The notes beneath the pieces are model-generated. The model saw nothing but the letters and a program-made list of their open reading frames with translations. It did no database searches and was not told where the DNA came from. A program made the position numbers and the translations under genes. A stretch of DNA of 62,555 nucleotides, filler included, from Nemertoderma westbladi (lineage: Eukaryota > Animalia > Xenacoelomorpha): NCBI GenBank assembly GCA_032718475.1. It is 3 parts of 3 records of this genome, joined end to end, with 100 filler letters (N's around TTAATTAATTAA, not from the genome) between each part and the next. Parts side by side here need not be neighbours in the genome. Positions count along the whole stretch, not along the records: positions 1 to 17,377 come from JAUCBJ010004200.1; 2 more parts are not named here. The stretch is one strand, 5' to 3'. Of the stretch, positions 1 to 13,021 are shown piece after piece; the first letter of the stretch is position 1, and each line of letters starts with the position of its first letter.

Positions 1-103
1 TACAAACCAGATCGTTACGGAATTTCGTGCGAATTTGCGAAGTAATTGAACTGGGATAATTGTCATTATGATACCAGATAGGGGAGGGGGGGGGGGGGGG
101 GGG

Positions 104-332
104 GGGGGAACTGGACGCAATAAAAATTCATCCCTCTCCAGGGGAAATTCGACGCAAATAACAGCTGATTACTCTCAAAAATAAAACTGTAACCTGTTCT
201 ATTGTGTTTAGTTTATTGTTTTGGTTAAAATAACGTGCCACTGTAACCTGCTCCTTTCCATAAATTGAGAATTTAACATTGAGGCGGGATATTAATTCGC
301 CAAGGCGAGGTTTTGCGTCGAGGTCACCCCCC
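104..332 (+). mobile_element. MITE family A copy (GGGG-terminal TIRs)
   Basis: Imperfect TIRs gggggaactggacgcaa / ttgcgtcgaggtcaccccc. The internal sequence (ccctctccagggga...actgtaacctg...aacgtgccactgtaacctgctccttt) recurs at 8105, 37905, 40953 and 46900. Confidence 0.75.
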
Positions 333-496
333 CCCCCCACCCCCCCCCCCCCCTGTCTCTGATATACAGTACATACATCACCATGGCCTGGAATATAGTG
401 TCATAATTCAATGACACGACCCCCCCCCCCCCCCCCCGCCAGATTTTCTACAAGTCTTAATGAGATTGATTGAAATTTGAAACGACCACGTAGTGG

Positions 497-739
497 GAGA
501 GCCGGAATTTTTATTTTGACTTTCAATCTATAGCTACAAGCGTTTAAAAAAAAAATTTGCCGGCGATATTGCACCAGTTACACTGCAGCTATTTCCCAAC
601 CAAATTCAAATGTTTTTACATCCTTGGAATCCTTGTACAGCCAGCTTTACATCAGCACCAACAAATCACTCTAAGGTTGATGAATAACTGCGGTGGAACT
701 GGTGCAATATCGGCGGAGACACTTTTTGTATCGCTTGTA
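497..739. mobile_element. MITE family B copy, right TIR cut off by the satellite
   Basis: Internal inverted repeat ccggcgatattgcaccagttacactgcag / ctgcggtggaactggtgcaatatcggcgg. The body matches 17587-17740, and 503-555 is the reverse complement of 17720-17775. Confidence 0.7.
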
Positions 740-741
740 CT

Positions 742-3700
742 TACCGGGTACTAAAATTAGTAAATGGTACTAAAATTAGTAACCGGGTACTGAAATTAGT
801 AACCGGGTACTGAAATTAGTAACTGGGTACTGAAATTAGTAACCGGGTACTGAAATTAGTAACCGGGTACTGAAATTAGTAACTGGGTACTGAAATTAGT
901 AACCGGGTACTGAAATTAGTAACCGGGTACTGAAATTAGTAACCGGGTACTAAAATTAGTAACCGGGTACTAAAATTAGTAACCTGGTACTGAAATTAGT
1001 AACCGGGTACTGAAATTAGTAACCGGGTACTAAAATTAGTAACCTGGTACTGAAATTAGTAACCGGGGACTGAAATTAGTAACCGGGTACTGAAATTAGT
1101 AACCGGGTGACTGAAATTAGTAACCGGGTACTGAAATTAGTAACCGGGTACTGAAATTAGTAACCGGGTACTGAAATTAGTAACTGGGTACTGAAATTAG
1201 TAACCGGGTACTGAAATTAGTAACCGGGTACTGAAATTAGTAACCGGGTACTGAAATTAGTAACCGGGTACTGAAATTAGTAACCGGGTACTGAAATTAG
1301 TAACCGGGTACTGAAATTAGTAACCTGGGTACTGAAATTAGTAACCGGGTACTGAAATTAGTAACCGGGTACTGAAATTAGTAACTGGGTACTGAAATTA
1401 GTAACCGGGTACTGAAATTAGTAACCGGGTACTGAAATTAGTAACCGGGTACTGAAATTAGTAACCGGGTACTGAAATTAGTAACCGGGTACTAAAATTA
1501 GTAACCGGGTACTGAAATTAGTAACTGGGTACTGAAATTAGTAACCTGGGTACTGAAATTAGTAACCGGGTACTGAAATTAGTAACCGGGTACTAAAATT
1601 AGTAACCTGGTACTGAAATTAGTAACCGGGGACTGAAATTAGTAACCGGGGACTGAAATTAGTAACCGGGTACTGAAATTAGTAACCGGGTACTGAAATT
1701 AGTAACCGGGTACTGAAATTAGTAACCGGGGACTGAAATTAGTAACTAGGTACTGAAATTAGTTACCGGGTACTGAAATTAGTAACCGGGTACTGAAATT
1801 AGTAACCGAGTACTGAAATTAGTAACCGGGTACTGAAATTAGTAACTGGGTACTGAAATTAGTAACCGGGTACTGAAATTAGTAACCGGGTACTGAAATT
1901 AGTAACCGGGTACTGAAATTAGTAACTGGGTACTGAAATTAGTAACCGGGTACTGAAATTAGTAACCGGGTACTGAAATTAGTAACTGGGTACTGAAATT
2001 ATTAACCGGGGACTGAAATTAGTAACCGGGGACTGAAATTAGTAACCGGGTACTGAAATTAGTAACTGAGTACTGAAATTAGTAACTGTGTACTGAAATT
2101 AGTAACCGGGTACTGAAATTAGTAACCGGGTACTGAAATTAGTAACCTGGTACTGAAATTAGTAACCGGGTACTGAAATTAGTAACCGGGTACTGAAATT
2201 AGTAACCGGGTACTGAAATTAGTAACCGGGTACTGAAATTAGTAACCGGGTACTAAAATTAGTAACTGGGTACTGAAATTAGTAACCGGGTACTGAAATT
2301 AGTAACCGGGTACTGAAATTAGTAACCGGGTACTGAAATTAGTAACTGGGTACTGAAATTAGTAACCGGGTACTGAAATTAGTAACCGGGTACTGAAATT
2401 AGTAACCTGGTACTAAAATTAGTAACCGGGTACTGAAATTAGTAACCGGGGACTGAAATTAGTAACCGGGTACTGAAATTAGTAACCGGGTACTGAAATT
2501 AGTAACCGGGTACTGAAATTAGTAACCGGGTACTGAAATTAGTAACCGGGTACTGAAATTAGTAACCGGGTACTGAAATTAGTAACCGGGTACTGAAATT
2601 AGTAACCGGGTACTGAAATTAGTAACTGGGTACTGAAATTAGTAACCGGGTACTGAAATTAGTAACCGGGTACTGAAATTAGTAACTGGGTACTGAAATT
2701 AGTAACTGGGTACTGAAATTAGTAACTGTGTACTGAAATTAGTAACTGGGTACTGAAATTAGTTACCGGGTACTGAAATTAGTAACTGGGTACTGAAATT
2801 AGTAACCGGGTACTGAAATTAGTAACCGGGTACTGAAATTAGTAACCGGGTACTGAAATTAGTAACTGTGTACTGAAATTAGTAACTGGGTACTGAAATT
2901 AGTAACCGGGTACTGAAATTAGTAACTGTGTACTGAAATTAGTAACTGGGTACTAAAATTAGTAACTGTGTACTGAAATTAGTAACTGGGTACTGATATT
3001 AGTAACCGGGTACTGAAATTAGTAACTGGGTACTGAAATTAGTAACCGGGTGCTGAAATTAGTTACCGGGTACTGAAATTAGTAACCGGGTACTGAAATT
3101 AGTAACCGGGTACTGAAATTAGTAACTGGGTACTGAAATTAGTAACCGGGTACTGAAATTAGTAACCGTGTACTGAAATTAGTAACCGGGTACTGAAATT
3201 AGTAACTGGGTCACTGAAATTAGTAACCGGGTACTGAAATTAGTTACCGGGTACTGAAATTAGTAACTAGGGTACTGAAATTAGTAACCGGGTACTGAAA
3301 TTGGTAACCGGGTACTGAAATTAGTAACCGGGTACTGAAATTAGTAGCCGTGTACTGAAATTAGTTACTGGGTACTGAAATTAGTAACCGTGCACTGAAA
3401 TTAGTAACTGGGTACTGAAATTAGTAACCGGGTACTGAAATTAGTAACCGGGTACTGAAATTAGTAACCGGGTACTAAAATTAGTAACTGGGTACTGAAA
3501 TTAATTAGTAAATGTGTACTGAAATTAGTAACTGGGTACTGATATTAGTTACCGGGTACTGAAATTAGTAACTGTTTACTGAAATTAGTAACTGAGTGCT
3601 GAAATTAGTTACCGGGTACTGAAATTAGTAACTGGGTACTGAAATTAGTAACAGGGTACTGAAATTAGTAACTGTTTACTGAAATTAGTAACTGAGTGCT

Positions 3701-4986
3701 GAAATTAGTTACCGGGTACTGAAATTAGTAACTGGGTACTGAAATTAGTAACAGGGTACTGAAATTAGTAACTGGGTACTGAAATTAGTAACTGTGTACT
3801 GAAATTAGTAACTGGGTACTGAAATTAGTAACTGGGTACTGAAATTAGTAACTGGGTCATGAAATTAGTAACTGGGTACTGAAATTAGTTACCAGGTACT
3901 GAAATTATTAACTATGTACTGAAATTAGTAACTGTGTACTGAAATTAGTAACTGAGTACTGAAATTAGTAACTGTGTACTGAAATTAGTAGCTGTGTACT
4001 GAAATTAGTTACTGGGTACTGAAATTAGTAACTGTGCACTGAAATTAGTAACTGGGTACTGAAATTAGTAACTGTGTACTGAAATTAGTAACTGTGTACT
4101 GAAATTAGTAACTGGGTACTAAAATTAGTAACTGTGTACTGAAATTAGTCACTGTTTACTGAAATTAGTAACTGGGTACTGAAATTAATTAGTAAATGTG
4201 TACTGAAATTAGTAACTGGGTACTGATATTAGTTACCGGGTACTGAAATTAGTAACTGTTTACTGAAATTAGTAACTGTGTACTGAAATTAGTAACTGGG
4301 TACTGAAATTAGTAACTGGGTACTGAAATTAGTAACTGTGTACTGAAATTAGTAACTACTGAAATTAGTCACTGTTTACTAAAATTAGTAACTGGGTACT
4401 GAAATTAATTAGTAAATGTGTACTGAAATTAGTAACTGGGTACTGATATTAGTTACCGGGTACTGAAATTAGTAACTGTTTACTGAAATTAGTAACTGTG
4501 TACTGAAATTAGTAACTGTGTACTGAAATTAGTAACTGTTTACTGAAATTAATTAGTAAATGTGTACTGAAATTAGTAACTGGGTACTGATATTAGTTAC
4601 CGGGTACTGAAATTAGTAACTGTTTACTGAAATTAGTAACTGTGTACTGAAATTAGTAACTATGTACTGAAATTAGTAACTGTTTACTGAAATTAGTAAC
4701 TGTGTACTGAAATTAATTAGTAAATGTGTACTGAAATTAGTAACTGGTTACTGATATTAGTTACCGGGTACTGAAATTAGTAACTGTTTACTGAAATTAG
4801 TAACTGAGTGCTGAAATTAGTTACCAGGTACTGAAATTAGTAACTGGGTACTGAAATTAGTAACAGGGTACTGAAATTAGTAACTGGGTACTGAAATTAG
4901 TAACTGGGTACTGAAATTAGTAACTGGGTACTGAAATTAGTAACTGTGTACTGAAATTAGTAACTGAGTACTGAAATTAGTAACTA
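742..4986. repeat. 20-bp satellite array (GGGTACTGAAATTAGTAACC)n, about 210 units
   Basis: Directly visible tandem array; variants accumulate towards the 3' end. Confidence 0.98.
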
Positions 4987-5399
4987 TTAAAAAAAAATAA
5001 GTAAAATAATTGATATACCGGTATTTACGATAGGCCTATTATATATTTATATATTTGTGCTGAAATCATACTGGTATTCTGTAATTAATTCTAGTTAATA
5101 ATTATACTTATATATACTATAAGTGTAAACTGCATACCGGTATCCACGATAGGCCTATTATATATTTATATATATTTTTGTGCTAAAACTATATACCGGT
5201 ATTTTGTGAAAAACCTAGTCTGTAATAATACTTCTATATACCATAAGCATACCGGTATTCTAATATATTATATATATATCACGCTACACTGAGTAGCAGT
5301 ATCGGTAATTAATTACTAGGCTAGCAGTTAATGCTGAATTACTAGACTTGCTTAGACTGTAATATAGCAGTAGGCATTCAACTGTACAATCAAACAAAC

Positions 5400-6848
5400 A
5401 TGTCTGACACAAAACAAACATTGTCAGATAGCCTCTTAGAAAGTGCTAGAATGAGTGTTAGACAGGGTCTTAAAAAGATCTGGGACTCAGCTAAGAGTAT
5501 AGAGCGTCTAAGACCAAAGTCCAAGTCCCCTCCTACTGTAAGCAAGGTCATCCCTACAGTAGTAATAACAGAACCGAGGCTGGTCCAACATCGTAGGTCT
5601 ATCATAGGCACTCGAGCTCAGGTCAAGCGAGACCAAGAAGCAGCGGAACGGCAACAACCCGCGAGCCAAGAACTTATTTCTCGGCGGTCCGACAGCTCCA
5701 GTAGTTCGGATACTGTTGAGCGGACGCCCGAACGCGGAGCGAAGATGGCGGATACGGTTTATGATGAACGGCCAACCTATGAAGAATCAACCGACGCCAC
5801 TTTTTCTCAAGAAAAAAGCGAAGCGACAGCAGAGAAACCGCATAAGAGGGATGCCATTGACATCTATCTGTCAGACTATCAACGTTTTTTAGGTGATGAC
5901 GAGTTGAGGAGAAGGTTAGATGGACTTAGCCCTAATAGTGAAGGAACTCAGCGTGTGTTGGATGCCATCGATGTGGAAATGAGGGCTGCGAACCAGGCTA
6001 AATTTGATGAACAACTCCGCATCACACGAGTCCAAGAAGAACAAGTCAAGAAAAAACGTATAGAAGACAGAAAGAAAGCAGCAGTAGCAGCTGCCGAAGC
6101 GGAAAGGAAAGCAGCCGAAGAGGAAAGTAAAGCTGACGAAATAGAAAGGAAAGCGGCAGTGGCAGCGGCAGAGGCAGAGGCAGAGGCAGAGGCAGAAGCG
6201 AAAAGAAAGGCAGCCGAAATGGAAAGAAAAGCGGCAGCGGCAGCGGCAGAGGCGGAAGCGAAAAGAAAGGCAGCAGAAATGAAAAGAAAGGCGGACGTGG
6301 CAGTGGCAGAAGCAGAACGTAGAGCGGCGGAAGAAATCACCCAATTAGAATTGGAAAACATTCAGGAGAATCAAGACTGCATAAATAAACAGTTAACAGC
6401 TAGTAATATGCAGATGATGAATCGATCTACTCCCAAAAGGCAGGGATATACATCATCTGAGGAAGGCGATACCACCGATACTGAAGGCAAAGGAAATAGA
6501 TCTCGTCTAAGCAGACGTAAAAGAACATTCCACCGTCAGAAATTGCCTGATTTGCCTCCAGCTGTTAGAAGGCAACTAAATAACACCAACTTAGGTAGTA
6601 CAGAACCCACAGACCAAATAATTAAGATAGAAAGACTCCCTACTATAGTAGATGAGCCTGAAATAATTAGGCCTGTTTTTGAAATCACCCCTTCGGTGAT
6701 AGACACACCTGTGCTCCCTGAAGCTACCTCTAAATTCCCTCTGCATAGCACTAAGCTACCTGTGCCCAGTAGAACTGCCCAGGAGACAGTTCAGGTCCTG
6801 GACCTGAAGTATTTTACTTATTTAATTTTACTACAGATAGGCTACTAA
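5400..6848 (+). CDS. Unassigned 482-aa ORF with an E/A/K/R-rich repetitive helical region; possibly the 5' part of a retroelement ORF1/gag-like gene
   Basis: Long ATG-initiated ORF (aaacATG) with coding-like composition and internal repeats of the ERKAAVAAAEAE type. No recognisable domain; composition turns AT-rich near 6800. Confidence 0.45.
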   Translation: MSDTKQTLSDSLLESARMSVRQGLKKIWDSAKSIERLRPKSKSPPTVSKVIPTVVITEPRLVQHRRSIIGTRAQVKRDQEAAERQQPASQELISRRSDSSSSSDTVERTPERGAKMADTVYDERPTYEESTDATFSQEKSEATAEKPHKRDAIDIYLSDYQRFLGDDELRRRLDGLSPNSEGTQRVLDAIDVEMRAANQAKFDEQLRITRVQEEQVKKKRIEDRKKAAVAAAEAERKAAEEESKADEIERKAAVAAAEAEAEAEAEAKRKAAEMERKAAAAAAEAEAKRKAAEMKRKADVAVAEAERRAAEEITQLELENIQENQDCINKQLTASNMQMMNRSTPKRQGYTSSEEGDTTDTEGKGNRSRLSRRKRTFHRQKLPDLPPAVRRQLNNTNLGSTEPTDQIIKIERLPTIVDEPEIIRPVFEITPSVIDTPVLPEATSKFPLHSTKLPVPSRTAQETVQVLDLKYFTYLILLQIGY

Positions 6849-6899
6849 AACAGTGTTTTCAGTGTCGTTTTATTTTGAGTTAATGTGTCCCACTTTCCA

Positions 6900-7480
6900 T
6901 GGAAATGCCCATATGCATCAGATTTCACCGCTTGGCTGCAGCTATTTCACGAGATTCATGGTGCTTTATCTGTTTATCCAAGACTTCATCACGTGAACCG
7001 AATGAGGCTATTCGTACAGTCTTCATGGACTGTAAAAATGACAAGTCTTCAGAATTTTTAATATCTTCAATTTCTTCAACATTGGGGGGCAAAAGTTGGA
7101 AGAGTATCCAATTTGAGTTCCATGTCTCTAAGTTGCTTGTGAGAAGTACCTGAAGATCTACACTGCATTGGTATAGTTCTCAACTTCAGAATTCATATCA
7201 ACTAGTTTCACATTTTCTCTCGTGCTTTCCCTTCTGTTATCATAGGGATATTACCCTTACTATAAAATTGGTTTAATTTTGGCTGTTTGACAAATTTGGC
7301 TGTTTAAACTCGTGGTATAGCTCATGTCCTACCGGAGCGCACTGCAGAGGAATCCTGTTCTTGGTGGTACAGCATACAGCACAATACTTGTCGACAAGTA
7401 GGTAATTGGGTTCCAGTGATTGTGGCATCTTCTACAGTTATGGCATTTCCCAATCCAAAGACATATCCAGATGTTCTTGT
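6900..7480 (-). pseudogene. Degenerate N-terminal part of a hAT (hATm-like) transposase
   Basis: Minus-strand pieces in shifting frames with stops: ITGTQLPTCRQVLCCMLYH, FYSKGNIPMITE, LKLRTIP, IKNSEDLSFLQSMKTVRIASFGSRD. Confidence 0.55.
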
Positions 7481-7499
7481 GACATTTGAGTTAGATTCC

Positions 7500-7730
7500 C
7501 TGGCTCCATCCCCGCCCCCGGCTCCACCACTGGCCCTGCCCTTAGCCCCGCCCCCGGCCATGCCTCTGGCCCCAGAGCCCCTGCCCCACCCAGGCCCCAC
7601 TCCCCGGCCATGGCCCCACCCCCAGCCCTGGTCCGGCCCCCAGCCCCGGCACCACCCCCACCCCCAGCCCAAGCCACGGCCCCTGCAATGCATCCACCCC
7701 CAGGCATTCCCGCGGCCCCAGCCCCGACCA
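7500..7730. repeat. C-rich low-complexity tract (GGCCCC/AGCCCC-like hexamers)
   Basis: Degenerate 6-mer repeats giving Pro-rich and Gly-rich ORFs in several frames. Confidence 0.7.
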
Positions 7731-8104
7731 GGTAAACATTAAAGTTGTAGAGAGGGTCTGCGGGAACAATGCGGGCGATGTGAAGGCGAGCAGCTTCTGG
7801 CACACCCACGACGGTGGAGCCTGACTTTCCCCAGCCGAGGGTGTACCACCCTCTATCTCAGTACTGTTGAACCTCCCTGTTTATGTGGTCCTGGGCCTCA
7901 AGATGTGGGACCACCTGTTGTTGCGTCTGAAAATATTAAACATAATTTCATTATAAAGTTAACCCTTTGAGAACGTATGCCCTATCCTATACGGGCCTGT
8001 CACTTTTAGAGGGTACTGTGGAAAAGCAATATTATATTTTTATACTGCCATCTGACATGTCCAGTAATCCATATAAAGGCAGCCAATAACATGTCCATTT
8101 TTTA

Positions 8105-8276
8105 GTGTGTAAACGCTACACCGACAACCACTGCCAACAACAGCAAATATTAAAATGTAACATAAGTTCGTTACTCTCGTTTATTGTTTTGTTTAGAATA
8201 AACTTCCACTGTAACCTGTTTCTTTCCCTCAATTAATAAATAACATAAATTGGTTGACGGCGTAGCGTTTACACCC
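8105..8276 (+). mobile_element. MITE, family A-related
   Basis: TIRs gtgtgtaaacgctacaccgacaacca / tggttgacggcgtagcgtttacaccc. Near-identical 8-bp flanks (atttttta / aattttta); the interior resembles family A. Confidence 0.7.
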
Positions 8277-8695
8277 AATTTTTATGATTTTCTCACGTTA
8301 GATGCTGACCGATTACTTCAATTTCTATAACAGGATGCAATATTTTTTGAGTCTATGGCTGTGTTGTCTGTATGAAACCGAAAAGTTCGAACCTTACCGT
8401 GCCACTTGGTACATAATTATTACATAGATTTAAATTTAAAACAAAATATAAATGCTAATTAGGTAGCTATAAATATTCTTTTTGCAATGATGGGAACCTA
8501 ATTCGAGTCTCATAGGGTTGGTGAATTTTTTTATCTCATTTTTGAATAGGTTTAATTATTGTTTTAAACTATAAATTAATAAACTTACTTTTTGTTGCTC
8601 TCCTGTGAAGAAGAGCGACGTGGAATAGAAACACATGTGGCAGTACACGTTGCCCTTCTCCATCGAAGACGTCCGGCATGAAAGCGTAACCCTCA

Positions 8696-9592
8696 ATGGC
8701 CCAGTCGGCCGGGCCTGGTTGCGAAAACAGGGGCATTCGACGCTGGTCCCCTTTAACCGACGGCAAACCACCCCCCGAATACTTTCTTCGTTGTTGTCTA
8801 GAATACAAAATGTATAATAAGTGTCAGAGTGGAATTGTTTCTGTTATATCTGTCGATGTAGGGAAAGTCATTGATATACAGTGCATATCCAAGTTTTTTA
8901 ATACTTGCATTCGAATTCCAAAGGATGATAAAGTTGCCATAGATAGACATAAAGATGTTTGTGTACGAAACTATGAGGGGACAAGCGGAGGAATAGAAGT
9001 AGCAGGTGCAAAAATGATGTTTTTGCGTTCAGTGGATAAACATGGGGCCCGATATACTAAATACTTAGGAGATGGAGATAGCAGTTCATTCAGCACTGTT
9101 GCAAATAGTTTGCCCTATGGTGACAGTTGTTCTATTCAAAAACTTGAGTGCGTTGGACATGTCCAAAAGAGAATGGGGTGCAGACTTCGAAGGTTGAAGG
9201 CTTCACTTAGAGGTACAAAGTTGGCTGATGGGAAACCTATAGGTGGGCGCAATCGACTCACAGATTCGGTGATAAATTCTTTGCAGCTTTACTATGGGAT
9301 GGCTATTAGAAGAAATACTCATGATTTAGGAGAAATGAGGCGAGCTGTCCAGGCCATTCGTTTCCACAAGCTCTCTACTGATGATAATCCACAACATGGC
9401 CTTTGTCCACAGGGTCTTCAGTCCTGGTGCTCATATAATAAACACTTGGTTACTGGAGAAGCATATTCCCATAAAAATAGCATACCAATTGCTATTATGG
9501 ATGAGCTAAGGCCTATCTTTAGGGACCTTTCAGATGTCACTCTTCTGAGCAGATGCCTACATGGTAAATACACATCTTCAGAAAGTTCATAA
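8696..9592 (+). mobile_element. Kolobok-type DDE transposase fragment (homology about 8820-9565)
   Basis: Motifs GKVID...SK, NYEGTSGGIE, YLGDGDS, KLECVGHVQKRMG, RLTD...LQLYYGMAIR, HGLCP...SWC, LLSRCLHG. Truncated at both ends. Confidence 0.8.
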
Positions 9593-12119
9593 TTTAAGTA
9601 AGGAAGAATCCAAACTACGAATGCAAGAATTTAAAGAAGCACAGTCCCAATCGAAATCTACAAAGGTCATCAATAATCTAGAAGATTCTATTTATACAGT
9701 AGTTAGGCAAATTATGGGTGCAAACAATGTTGGGGAGGGGGCTGAAGTATTGTCTGATTGGGTTATTTCGCGGCTAGGTAAAAAAGTTGATAAGGGCTAA
9801 ACAAAGTTATATCATTAAGAGGCAATGACTTTATAAAATATAGAAATGTAGGAAGTCAGGCGGGTAGTGGTATGAGAGGCTCCGTTGCTTGTGCTGGGGT
9901 TTTGGTAGCTGATATTTGTGGTACTTCTAGCTCCATCTAGTGTGCCAATCAGTACCACTGTTAGTGCCACTAGCTTGGGCACTACTAGTTCCACTAATAG
10001 TGGTTATGCTGCAAGTTGTAGGCCTAGTCAGACTATTACCAGTACTGCGACTGCAACCAGCCCCACTGGTATTGGCAACAGAGACCTTAATGAGGGGCAG
10101 ATTGCTGTAGATCTTCCTTCACTTTCAGCATCACCTTCAATGATAAACTTGCCTTCCCCTACTACCCCTTGTTCAATCATCCTTGAAAGGTGCGCCTCTG
10201 TCCTTAAGGATAAAGGTTGTAGGAGGAACTTGAGTTTTTGTTTTTTCTCAGATGATGCTAATAGTGAAGGAGAGATCATACCACCTACTAAACGCCATAG
10301 AGTTATTGATGATGATAGTGATTGTGAAGAGGTGGTTGGGAAGGGTGTCACAACTGGCTATGACTGGGGTGCACAATCGGTTAAGGGCAAGCTTGCAATA
10401 CATGATTTTGACCTAAGGTTTGATCCGACCCATGTACAAGTTCTCCAGAAATAGAAGGACTCCATGGAGGAGGATCAACGTAACAGTCAAAAATATGTCA
10501 AGCAAAACCTCAACACGGTTGCTACTATTGCATTCCAGGTTCAGAGGCAGTTGGGCACCATTGTGCAGGGTTTTGTAGAACTGTCAGTCTGTGATATTGG
10601 GCAGTTGAAGTTGGTGATGGTAGAGGAGCGTGAGAAATAAGGCATAAAGGGTGAAAGTTTTGATGGCCACCTGAAGTGGATCAACTGGTGTAGATGAAAT
10701 ATCATCTCACCTACGATCCAAGATCTCCTTGGCCAGAGAGGCTATCAAGAGCTTTCGCAAAACTATCACCCTTTGGTCATCCCTAGAGAGACAGGAGAAG
10801 GAGGTGAACTCAATGATTGAGTTTCATGATAAGACTCTGGCAGATGCCCTGTTTCTTGTGAAGGATGAGAAAATCCTTCATTCTACACCTGTACTTACTA
10901 TTGATTAATTTCACGAGTTGTCGTTTACTTATCAGTTTGATGCAATCATTTGCGCTCGTCCAGTTGACTTTAGAAATGAATGGCTTCCCCTTGAAATACG
11001 ATACAGAGTTGAAATAACCCAATACGATATTCTTAACTATCTCTGTCGTGGAATGATAGGTGGTTCTTGGTTTTAAGTAGTTGAGCTAAAAACTACTAAG
11101 AGCTACGCCGAGGTCGTAAAAATTTACCCCTCAAAAGAATTACTGAGATGGACCTAAAGTAGATTGTCCTCCAGTATAATAATAAATAATAGACTGTCAG
11201 GTACAGTTCTTACTACAATACATCGGGTGAATATCATACTAAAATAACAAACTACAATGTGAAAATGTACGACGATATCAAAATAATTCCGGCTAGAGGC
11301 TGTCTTAAAGCCATCTCAAATTAGCCAACAAGTTGTGTATATCACTAACCAATCACATTACAACTAGGCTCATGGTGAATTACTGCCAGCTAAATGCCGG
11401 CGAATAGCCGCTAGGGTGGCTCTTAAAAATCAAAAATATGATTTTTTGATTGCTCAAATAATCAACTATATGTCATCGAGTTTGAGTTAGTGGCATTTTT
11501 GCGGCTATAATAGTACTACATACATATACTATACTAATAATACAGTACTACCTGACAGATAAATCTTCTACTTTCTACCGGTAGGCCTAATTTGTTGTCT
11601 CTGTGAAATGGAAAGCTTTCTGCATGACCTTGAAGGTTGTCAAATGGATACTGGTATGGATATATCAGCAGCAGATCACATTCTGAGGTTTTACATATTG
11701 ATATCCCACATACGGGATCCGATTCAGGCACGGGTAGCGCTCCTACCAGTACATCCGATTCCACGATCACAACTACACCTACTTCAACCGGATCTTGCAA
11801 ACAACTTCGGCCTAAACCAAAGCTTGGAAAGGGAAGTAGAGGTCTGTATAAAAAGTTAGAGACATTTGGAACTCCGAAGCGCTCTAATATTTTCTCAAGA
11901 AAATCTAAACAACTAATTCAGGACTCGGAGGTCATGACATATGAACTGCCACTTTTCTGCATATATGTTTAGGCCTAAGGCAGCAAGGCAGGTGGCATAC
12001 TGTATCCGCATTTATATTTATATATTTACAGTATTGCTTTGATTTTAAGTGTAAGCAAGCGTAAGTACTTTGTAAACATAGGCCTATCTGCTTCTAATGC
12101 TATATCAATCAGTTCAGTA

Positions 12120-12250
12120 CGAATCTTCAACCCGACTCCCCCCCCCCCCCCCCCCCCCCCAACACTCCACCCAGGGTCTCTCCCGAATCTCCAACCCAAC
12201 TCCCCCCCCCCCCCCCCCCCCCCCAACACTCCACCCAGGGTCTCTCCCTG
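12120..12250. repeat. Tandem duplication of a ~62-bp unit containing a poly-C run
   Basis: gaatct(t/c)caaccc(g/a)act-polyC-aacactccacccagggtctctccc occurs twice. Confidence 0.8.
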
Positions 12251-12511
12251 GGTGTATAATTTTAAACGGTTTATCAACTCATTCATCCCTTTATCAGGGT
12301 GGTCTCACGTTTAGGATAAAAGATAAATGGGTTTCTGCTCTAGATTACTTAGTATCCCCGGTTAACGAGGTATCTAAAGTCCCCTCAGCTATTAAATGTA
12401 TGAATGTGAACAGAGATTTACGCTCACCACTGACCATGCTCCGATCAGCGTAACTGTTGTTGCAACAAATATAACGTCATCACAACTACTCAACCAAGCG
12501 AAATGTTTGAT

Positions 12512-12690
12512 CTCTCGATGTTGAACTCTCGATATTATCGTTATTTTTCAACACTCGATATTTTTCAATACTCAATATTTTTCCACACTCGATATTTGTA
12601 TTCTCGATATTTTTTGAACTCTCGATATTATCGTTATTTTTCAACACTCGATATTTTTACTCTCGATATTTTTCATGTCTCGATATTGTT
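12512..12690. repeat. Cluster of ACTCGATATTTT motifs (subterminal-repeat-like)
   Basis: About 10 degenerate copies of ctcgatatt with a duplicated ~45-bp block. Confidence 0.7.
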
Positions 12691-13021
12691 CAATATAACC
12701 AATTAAAAATAATAATTTATTGGGACAATATTTTTATATTTTTGGAGAGAGTATGATAATATATTAAATTGATAGTTGATATTTTAATATGCTGCATGCA
12801 TAAAATAAACTTGCATGAATGAATTCTTCTAATAACCGAATCAACCCTTCTTGCCTGGAAATAAACTAGTTATATATGTCCATCGTATGGGTGGGTGGCT
12901 TTTTATATTTTAATTTATTTATGTATTTGTTTTTAATAACACAAGTTTAAACGAGATAATTATAATGAAAAGGGCAGACATTGCATTATAAACTGAGAAA
13001 GTGAGTAGTATCACATATAAT

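Noticed and set aside
742-4986. Telomeric repeat interpretation (TTAG-containing unit)
   Set aside because: The unit is 20 bp, internal, flanked by ordinary DNA and has many variants; it is not a canonical telomere motif.
5916-6361. Antisense ORFs over the 482-aa ORF
   Set aside because: Shadow frames of a repetitive coding strand.
7416-7809. Pro-rich and Gly-rich ORFs
   Set aside because: GC-rich low-complexity sequence open in many frames; no domain.
9561-11972. Short ORFs after the Kolobok fragment (Ser/Thr-rich 178 aa and others)
   Set aside because: Probably decayed transposon coding sequence, but no motif I can identify.
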